Positions 54,653-61,319 of a DNA stretch of 64,000 nucleotides are shown here, one piece after another. How positions within the stretch are numbered: the stretch's first letter is position 1; every line of letters begins with the position of its first letter. The position numbers and the translations under genes were made by a program. Source of the stretch: Treponema sp. (GTDB taxonomy: Bacteria; Spirochaetota; Spirochaetia; Treponematales; Treponemataceae); the NCBI GenBank assembly GCA_052169915.1, contig JBQNBN010000003.1, positions 3,441-67,440 of the forward strand, in the 5' to 3' direction. The notes under the pieces are model-generated. The model made no database searches. It was not told where the DNA came from and saw only the letters and a program-made list of their open reading frames with translations.

Positions 54653-55392
54653 GCCCGAATTAACTTGTCCCTCTCTTCTTGATTCGGAGCCGTAGGGCTT
54701 AGTCTCCCTCGTACTTGTACTGGTACCGGAATGTCGGGGGGGGGGGGGGGCAGAGGCTGTTTTTTACGTTCATATTCTGCAAGCCTTCGTTCATAGTTTT
54801 CCTTTTCCCGCTCGTATTCGGCTTTCAGCTCGGCAATTTCAGCGTCCTTTTGCTTTAAGGCTTCTTCATTGCGCCCGAAAACGCTTGCATCTGCGGAAAA
54901 CAGCGCGGTAAAGTCCGCCGCGCCAAGGGTAAGCGCGTTTTCCGACGGCGTTTCATCCGTACCGCAGTGCGCGCAGTCAATACGTCCTTCATCATCGACA
55001 CGGAGCGTATACGCCGCATCCTCAACGGTAACGGCAAACTCATCGCCCTTTTTTATCGCGCGTTTCCTTGCCGCAATAAACGGCAGCACATACTCCGCTT
55101 CAATGAGGCTGCTGCACTTTGCCTTGAGCGTCAGAGCGTGCAGACGTTTGGCGGCAGTTCCGTCCTGCCCGCAGTCAACAACGATAAGCGCAAAATCGTC
55201 GTCATCAAAATCGTTTATGCTGTAATCGTCTTTTATGTACTGCAAAAAACTTTCCATATCGCCGGCGCTCTCATAATACATACACGGATTGCCGTTTATA
55301 CTCACCGGCGTTGTAACGCCTCTTGAGTCCAGCGACAACGCTAATACCTTTTTCTCCGTAACAACCGCCAATATCCTATAGCGCGCTTTCAT
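54613..55392 (-). CDS. Island-II family protein B (N-domain + coiled coil), frame-shifted at poly-C tract
   Basis: 259 aa. After PPPPP the frame reads DIPVPVQVRGRLSPT..., which resembles neither paralogue. The N-terminal 130 aa are nearly identical to protein C. Confidence 0.7.
   Translation of the reverse strand: MKARYRILAVVTEKKVLALSLDSRGVTTPVSINGNPCMYYESAGDMESFLQYIKDDYSINDFDDDDFALIVVDCGQDGTAAKRLHALTLKAKCSSLIEAEYVLPFIAARKRAIKKGDEFAVTVEDAAYTLRVDDEGRIDCAHCGTDETPSENALTLGAADFTALFSADASVFGRNEEALKQKDAEIAELKAEYEREKENYERRLAEYERKKQPLPPPPPDIPVPVQVRGRLSPTAPNQEERDKLIRAWVLQMERLRYKT
54736..54750. repeat. Homopolymeric G15 tract (C15 on coding strand)
   Basis: Counted directly: 15 consecutive G, at the junction between the coiled coil and the C-terminal module of protein B. 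Confidence 0.95.
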
Positions 55393-55633
55393 TCATTTTT
55401 CCTCCGTAGCACAGAAAATTTATTTTCACCTCTCCGAGTGCAGCCATTGTAATTCGTAGTGCGTAATTCTTAATTTGGGAATGCGTGTTTTTAATTTCGC
55501 ATTACGCATCCTTAAATTAAGCATTGCCCTATCTCCGACGGCAAAAAACAGTTTCCTCAAGTTTTGCGTAAGCAAAACCTGAGAGGGCGGCGCACAGTTC
55601 CCATCTTTCAAACTCCATAACAGCCGCCCGCCC
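54889..55633. repeat. ~745-bp direct repeat, copy 1 (5' third of family gene + upstream element)
   Basis: 54889-55437 aligns with 58086-58635. About 450 bp are identical apart from one T indel. After a ~40-bp divergent patch, similarity resumes to 55633 / 58820. Confidence 0.85.
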
Positions 55634-55638
55634 CCTCT

Positions 55639-56553
55639 TCATAGCCCTTCTACCTCCTCTTTTGAAAGACCGGTTGCGCTTGCAATCGATTCGGAAGACA
55701 ATCCCATTGCAAGCAATTTTTTTGCCGTTTCAACTTTCGCTTGGTAAGAGCCTTGTTCCATGCCTTGCGCTATCCCGCGTTCAATTCCTCGTTCAACCCC
55801 GTATTCCATGCCTTGCGCAAAGGCGATTTTGCCGGCTTCTTCGCACCGGACTGCGATGTCCGTGTCGTAATCGTATTCTGCAAGTAACATATTCAGTACC
55901 TCCCGTGATTTTCTTTGCAGATATTCTTTCAAAATATCATTTTTTATGCACTCTTTGATCGCTTCTTCAAAGCTGTGCGCTTTATCGGCTGCCGTATGCC
56001 GGCGGACAGATTCCACAAAGAGGCTGTATTCCTCAAGCGGTTTGCAGTCCCGAAGGATTTTGTTGTTTTTATCCGTGTTGATATTCAAAATCCGTACGGC
56101 AAGCTCTAACGAGGGCGCGGATGATTCTGTCATATAGGCGTCGGAGAGTTTTAAGGTTTTTTGCTCAGGATAATTTTCCCGCCCGTTGTAGAATACGTAG
56201 AATTCCGGCGTTGGGATTTTTTGCAATATCCGAAAATATTTTGCGCGCGGCTCTTGAATCTGCTCGTACAGACGGGCGACGTATTGCAGACAGCGAAGCG
56301 GCATATTTTCATTGACGGTCGACTGGTGCTCGGCTAAGACGATGATTTTATTGTCGATAAGGCACGATACGTCGTTCGATAATTTTGTGTAGACGGCTTG
56401 CTCCAATTTGAGCGTTTTGAGCTCCGTCGTGCGCTCGAGGTGCGTACCGTGCAGGGCGTTGTACAACGACAAAAAGTTATCTTTTGCGTTTTTATCCTCG
56501 CTGAATAGGTCAACAAAAACCGAATCTTTATAACGGCGGTTATGCTTTGCCAT
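55639..56553 (-). CDS. Rpn-family recombination-promoting nuclease / putative transposase (PD-(D/E)xK, YhgA-like)
   Basis: 304 aa with N-terminal YKDSVFVDLF...LEHQS-type core (IIVLAEHQSTVNENMP). The C-terminal repeat reads ERGIERGIAQGMEQG...LSKEEVEGL. Confidence 0.8.
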   Translation of the reverse strand: MAKHNRRYKDSVFVDLFSEDKNAKDNFLSLYNALHGTHLERTTELKTLKLEQAVYTKLSNDVSCLIDNKIIVLAEHQSTVNENMPLRCLQYVARLYEQIQEPRAKYFRILQKIPTPEFYVFYNGRENYPEQKTLKLSDAYMTESSAPSLELAVRILNINTDKNNKILRDCKPLEEYSLFVESVRRHTAADKAHSFEEAIKECIKNDILKEYLQRKSREVLNMLLAEYDYDTDIAVRCEEAGKIAFAQGMEYGVERGIERGIAQGMEQGSYQAKVETAKKLLAMGLSSESIASATGLSKEEVEGL

Positions 56554-56654
56554 AAAATCCTCCTCGATTTGTATTTTATTGCAGCTTCCCTATTTCATAA
56601 AGACTTAAACTCCAATTCAACCGGTTCGGAATTGGAGTTTTCGAACCGGTTTAT

Positions 56655-58589
56655 TTATTCCCGTCCGCCGCAGCTTTTACAAATCCTGAAGCCGGTATAC
56701 CCGTCAATCTCAAAAATTGAAAGGTGAACAGATAAGGAGTATATGTCAGAGGGATTGCAAGCCGAGCCTCCGAATTCGTAGAACGTATTGGCGTTATCTA
56801 CGGCAGTTGTTTCCCATATATTACCGCTCATATCGTATAGGCCGATTGTGTTCGGTTGTTTTTGCGCGACCGGATGCAGTTTGCCGCCGGTATTATCTGC
56901 GTACCATGCGACAGCATCTAAATCATCGCTGCCTGCATATTGAAAACTCTGCTGGTCTTTACCACCGTTGGCAGCATATATCCATTTTGCTGAAGTCGGT
57001 ATGTAATAGCCCTGTTTATTTGAGGAAACAAGTTCATAACACTGTACATAATAGTAACGACCCGGCAGGAGAGATAAAGATTCTGCCGGAATATAGGAAA
57101 TACCATCTTTTTGAGTTTTCTTTTCACAGAAATACTGCATATCTTCATCGGATATATGGATTCTTGATAAGTAGACTTCGTACGAGACTTTGGTGTTAAA
57201 TTTGCTGAACATAATATTATACTTCAATTCATTTTCAGGAGTTCTTCCTACTACATCAAGGTACTCAGCCGCCGTCACAGGTCCTGATTTGTGGTGTTTT
57301 TCTGTTAATTTTATTATTTCATCCAGTCCGTCTTTTTTGCTTTTTTGATTACAAAAAAAGACTTGGTCTTTTATGGAAACGTGCGTTACCGGAACGTCTC
57401 TTCCGTAAAAATCAAGCGCCTGCTCAATAAAGTCTTCCCATGCAAGAAATTTATATTTTGAACGCAGTATTGCGTCCACGTCTGCAAGCGCAGTTTTAGG
57501 CAGCAGCAAGGTTCCGCCTTTTTGCAGTTGTACGAAATGTTCTTTATCGATTTCAGGCGTTTCCAAATAAAAATGCGTTTTGAGGTTGGAAAACGTCTCG
57601 TTCAAATCATCGTGAGACATAGCGCACGCATCTGCTTGAGCGTATGGGTCAAGCGTTTTGAGCAAACCCGCTTGCACGGCGTACATTCCCAAGATCGCAT
57701 CCGGCACCTTTTCCGTTACGTCAAAATATTCCTGCATCGTTACCGGAGTCGCTGCCATATAAAAACTTTCAACCTTTATTCCGTTAAACTCTTCCGAATC
57801 CGGCATATCAATCATGCCGCCTTCAACAAATACCATATCGCTTGGGAGTGTCGTTTGCGCCGCAGGTGCGGGAGTTACTATTGGACTTGTATTGGGATGC
57901 GGCTGCGGGAGCAAAGCGTGATTGCCGTGCGGCTGCGCTGATTCTGCTGTCAATTTTTGAATGAGCTCTTTTTTGTCTTCGCCAAAGTATTCTATAAGCC
58001 CTTGTTCAATATTTTTAAGCTTCCGCTCATACTCCGTCTGCAATTCCAATTCCGCAATCTCCGCATCGCGCCCGAACGCGTTTATATCTGCGGAAAACAG
58101 CGCGGTAAAGTCCGCCGCGTCAAGGGGGAGCGCGTTTTCCGCCGGCGTTTCATCCGTACCGCAGCGCGCGCAGTCAATGCGCCCCTCATCATCAGCGTGG
58201 AGCGTATACGCCGCATCCTCAACGGTAACGGCAAACTCATCGCCCTTTTTTATCGCGCGTTTCCTTGCCGCAATAAACGGCAGCACATACTCCGCTTCAA
58301 TGAGGCTGCTGCACTTTGCCTTGAGCGTCAGAGCGTGCAGACGTTTGGCGGCAGTTCCGTCCTGCCCGCAGTCAACAACGATAAGCGCAAAATCGTCGTC
58401 ATCAAAATCGTTTATGCTGTAATCGTCTTTTATGTACTGCAAAAAACTTTCCATATCGCCGGCGCTCTCATAATACATACACGGATTGCCGTTTATACTC
58501 ACCGGCGTTGTAACGCCTCTTGAGTCCAGCGACAACGCTAATACCTTTTTCTCCGTAACAACCGCCAATATCCTATAGCGCGCTTTCAT
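56655..58589 (-). CDS. Island-II family protein C: conserved N-domain + coiled coil + FGE-sulfatase (SUMF1/CLec-fold) domain with inserts
   Basis: 644 aa. FGE motifs are MVFVEGGMIDMP, YYIPTSAKWIYAANGG and GLYDMSGNIWE...GFRI. The N-terminal 130 aa are identical or near-identical to protein B. Confidence 0.8.
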   Translation of the reverse strand: MKARYRILAVVTEKKVLALSLDSRGVTTPVSINGNPCMYYESAGDMESFLQYIKDDYSINDFDDDDFALIVVDCGQDGTAAKRLHALTLKAKCSSLIEAEYVLPFIAARKRAIKKGDEFAVTVEDAAYTLHADDEGRIDCARCGTDETPAENALPLDAADFTALFSADINAFGRDAEIAELELQTEYERKLKNIEQGLIEYFGEDKKELIQKLTAESAQPHGNHALLPQPHPNTSPIVTPAPAAQTTLPSDMVFVEGGMIDMPDSEEFNGIKVESFYMAATPVTMQEYFDVTEKVPDAILGMYAVQAGLLKTLDPYAQADACAMSHDDLNETFSNLKTHFYLETPEIDKEHFVQLQKGGTLLLPKTALADVDAILRSKYKFLAWEDFIEQALDFYGRDVPVTHVSIKDQVFFCNQKSKKDGLDEIIKLTEKHHKSGPVTAAEYLDVVGRTPENELKYNIMFSKFNTKVSYEVYLSRIHISDEDMQYFCEKKTQKDGISYIPAESLSLLPGRYYYVQCYELVSSNKQGYYIPTSAKWIYAANGGKDQQSFQYAGSDDLDAVAWYADNTGGKLHPVAQKQPNTIGLYDMSGNIWETTAVDNANTFYEFGGSACNPSDIYSLSVHLSIFEIDGYTGFRICKSCGGRE

Positions 58590-58820
58590 TCATTTTTCCT
58601 CCGTAGCACAGAAAATTTTATTTTCACCTCTCCGATATCCCCGCTCCGAGCACAGCAATTATAATGCAGAATGCGTATTTTCAATTCCGCATTACGCATC
58701 CCTCATTAAGCATTGCCCTATCTCCGTCTGCAAACACCAGTCTCCTCAAGTTTTGCGTAAGCAAAACTTGGCAGGGCGGCGCACAGTTCCATCTTTCAAA
58801 CTCCGTAACAGCCGCCCGCC
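58086..58820. repeat. ~745-bp direct repeat, copy 2
   Basis: See copy 1. It includes the hairpin CAAGTTTTGC-GTAA-GCAAAACTTG (58748-58771) and GGGCGGCGC...GCCGCCCGCC. Confidence 0.85.
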
Positions 58821-59012
58821 CTAATTCATCACCCTCCCGTCCTTTTCCATGTTGCCGCTGCCGCAGTTCGGGCAGGCGGGCTTTACGAACGCGGCAAAAA
58901 TTCCTCCGTATTTGGCGCGGAAGGACTTGCCGCACGCCTTGCAGCGCATCGGGACGCTCTCGCCCATACGCGGCGGAATGACGGAATTGTTATTTGCTCC
59001 AAAATTTTTCAT
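58821..59012 (-). CDS. Small zinc-ribbon protein (CxxC...CxxC)
   Basis: Reads MKNFGANNNSVIPPRMGESVPMRCKACGKSF...ACPNCGSGNMEK. A GGAGG RBS lies 6 nt upstream of this Met. Confidence 0.5.
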   Translation of the reverse strand: MKNFGANNNSVIPPRMGESVPMRCKACGKSFRAKYGGIFAAFVKPACPNCGSGNMEKDGRVMN

Positions 59013-59109
59013 ACGCGCCTCCAAAGTCAGCCTTATGCCGGATAAAATCAGATAAATAGATTAACACAACAATTTTCATATTTCTATAGAATATATTTTC
59101 AATTACAAG

Positions 59110-59135
59110 ATATTTATAAAGTCGTCTATAAATAT
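59110..59135. promoter_or_regulatory. Palindrome ATATTTATA-N8-TATAAATAT in the promoter region of the second XRE gene
   Basis: Perfect 9-bp inverted arms. The right arm contains a TATAAAT -10-like hexamer about 38 nt upstream of the ATG. Confidence 0.35.
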
Positions 59136-59170
59136 TTGAGAGAGACTTATCCGTTCGCTACTGTACCGGT

Positions 59171-59452
59171 ATGGATATTGAAATCATTGCTGAAGTACAT
59201 AAAGTTTCCGAGCGAATCCAAAAACTCAGACAGGAAAAGCGCATGAGTCAGATGGATTTGGCAGTCGAGGCGGGAATTTCTCAAGGTTTTCTTGCAATGA
59301 TAGAGACGCGCCGCAAAGTCCCCACGATTATGACGATTTTCAAATTGGCAAAAGCCTTGAACGTGCGCGCCGCCGCCTTGATGGAAGACTCTGATCCCGA
59401 CCGAGAACAGACAAAGAAAGAAATTATCGACTTTATCCAAAAACGGCTGTAA
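59171..59452 (+). CDS. XRE-family helix-turn-helix regulator
   Basis: 93 aa reading IQKLRQEKRMSQMDLAVEAGISQGFLAMIETRRKVPTIMTIFKLAKAL. Confidence 0.8.
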   Translation: MDIEIIAEVHKVSERIQKLRQEKRMSQMDLAVEAGISQGFLAMIETRRKVPTIMTIFKLAKALNVRAAALMEDSDPDREQTKKEIIDFIQKRL

Positions 59453-59704
59453 TTCGGTGAGCACGTGAGGATTTTTCATTCAATCGACTGGAAAAGGCAG
59501 CGTCAAAGCGCGTTTAAGCAAAATGTCTCCGCCTCCCGTCCGCTGAACTCAGGGGGCAGGTTATAGGCAAGCCGAATAACTTTTACACCTAACGCGCGCT
59601 CTCTGCAGTCAACAAACACGGAGGCTTCTTTTTGCGCCGCCTTCCCGCCTTCCGCCGAAGGATTAAACCGCTTCGACAACTTCACGTTTTTTCGCATTAT
59701 CTGT

Positions 59705-60376
59705 CTATCCTTCCTGCCCACACCGCAGACTTCGCCTCATAAAACCTAAACATATACCACCGTTCTCCGGCGTAATGGAAAACCGATTCTTGTATTCGTC
59801 TTCGGAAGATACAGCCGTAAACGCTGTGCCGTCAGCCCCATTAACCGGAGGGGTACCGTCCGCCCCCCGATATTGCACCTCCCTGCCGTTCTCAATTCTG
59901 CCGCGAAACATAAACTTTGTGGTTCCGGCAGAAACGTCTTCCATACGCTGCCAAACAGCGTCTCCCGAAGACGTATCAAGAAGCATCCCCTGTGGAATGC
60001 GCTGCGTCCACTCCCGCTCTCAATCAAATATCGAATTAAGGTCAGCCATTTCATTGTCGCGGCAAAAAAAGCCCATTATCTGGAGCGGATCGTCGGTAAA
60101 TTCCTCGTGTTCGTCAGGAGGAAAAAAACGCAGTGCCGTCGTGTTGATTGCATTTGACGCCATACAAAGAACCCACCCAAACAGAATAAATCCCGCGCCA
60201 GCCGCCTCCGCCAGCGCGCTCTTAAAACCCGCTTTCTTGTCTTTTCCGCTTTCACGCTCCTCGCTCCCTGCCGACTGGACAAGCGCGTGCCCCGCGCCGA
60301 GTACTGCAAGTCCTGCATTCCCAATCGCATCTCCAACCGCGTTCATAATGACTTTCCGCTTTATTCTTTTTCCCAT
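59705..60376 (-). pseudogene. Gly-zipper protein ORF (60023-60376) continued in frame, across TGA 60020-60022, by a divergent CBM-like module (59705-60019)
   Basis: MGKRIKRKVIMNAVGDAIGNAGLAVLGAGHAL...NSIFD-TGA-EREWTQRIPQGMLLDTSSGDAVWQRMEDVSAGTTKFMFRG.... The module is homologous to those at 48832-49131 and 54251-54652. Confidence 0.5.
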
Positions 60377-60482
60377 TGTATCCTCCATGACGCACAGCGC
60401 GCCGTTTCATACGGCAGCCGGTTTCAACGGCCTTTCGACTGTCCATGCCGCCGTTTTTTCTGCTAAAAGACGACTTTTCACC

Positions 60483-61067
60483 TCACCCTGCGTGAAAAAC
60501 GTCCCCTTGCGCTTGCATTTCTTCACCGCATTCATCTCCTGCCCGAAAGGCGATAACGTCTTTTGCCGTCATACCGCACGCTTGTTCGGCAAACTTGAGA
60601 AAGGTCTCTTTGGTGCGGCGTGCGTTTTCCTGCAGTTTTTCAGAACGTTTTAAACGTTCGGCAATCTCTTCCGCTTGTTTCGAAGAAAGAGAGGAAAGAT
60701 CGACTGCGGACAAAAGGCGCGAAAGTTCCCGCTCATTTTCTTCGCGGGCAAAAATATCGCGGTAAATTTCCTGCGCGTTTTTCTTTGCCCGAACGTCAAA
60801 ATCTTCTTCCGCGCCGTTCGTATTCGCTTCCGCGCCGGCGGAGCCGCCGTCGTCGTTTCCGCCGGAATCATCGCTTTCAGAATCATCAGTCTCATCATCA
60901 TCGTAGTCGTCTTCACCGTCGAAAAAACTGTCATCCGAATCAATGTCGTCGTCCAAAAATCCGAACAAATCCAAATCGTCAAGCAATCCCGACTCATAAA
61001 GCGCCGCAGCAGCCCCGACCGCTCCGAGCGCAGCCGCCGCCCCCGCAATAAAACTTTTCTTTCCCAT
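60483..61067 (-). CDS. Hypothetical protein: Gly/Ala-rich N-terminus, poly-acidic segment, helical tail
   Basis: The start is at MGKKSFIAGAAAALGAVGAAAALYESG, followed by DDDIDSDDSFFDGEDDYDDDETDDSESDDSGGNDD. Confidence 0.5.
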   Translation of the reverse strand: MGKKSFIAGAAAALGAVGAAAALYESGLLDDLDLFGFLDDDIDSDDSFFDGEDDYDDDETDDSESDDSGGNDDGGSAGAEANTNGAEEDFDVRAKKNAQEIYRDIFAREENERELSRLLSAVDLSSLSSKQAEEIAERLKRSEKLQENARRTKETFLKFAEQACGMTAKDVIAFRAGDECGEEMQAQGDVFHAG

Positions 61068-61319
61068 TTTGTCCTCCTGACATCGCATATAATTTTTCCG
61101 CATGGTCTGCGCCGCGCACACCATTTTTCTCTGCGGGTGCGAGTATAAACACAGCAGGGTGACAAGTTTTGTCACATCGGGAAAAATATTTTTTGATGGG
61201 GATAGAGAACAACCGGCCGCTTCTCTTGACCCCATCCTTATTTGCAATGCGTCCCGTCTTTCGGGTAAAATCCTGAGCATGCGCGCTCGGCGTTACGCCG
61301 CGCTTTTAGTGGAGCGTTT

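Noticed and set aside
56553-56800. A complete diversity-generating retroelement next to the FGE-domain gene.
   Set aside because: There is no reverse transcriptase ORF and no template-repeat copy of the 3' coding segment in the window. The downstream gene is an Rpn-type nuclease. This is kept only as a low-confidence remote-target hypothesis.
46634-58589. CBASS, Sir2-HerA or another named defence system, suggested by patatin + WYL + HerA.
   Set aside because: No CD-NTase/cyclase, Sir2, DUF4297, TIR or other canonical partner is recognisable. The genes present do not fit a known system layout.
59503-59721. 72-aa minus-strand ORF between the XRE gene and the CBM-like remnant, considered as a possible toxin partner of the XRE gene.
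   Set aside because: It has no RelE, HigB or HicA-like motifs, it overlaps the end of the upstream ORF, it has no clear RBS, and it is convergent with the XRE gene. The evidence is insufficient.
59775-60653. 292-aa plus-strand ORF across the 59.7-60.6 kb region.
   Set aside because: It is antisense to three minus-strand ORFs that show homology to paralogues elsewhere in the island. Its translation is Ser/Pro/Ala-rich with no motifs.
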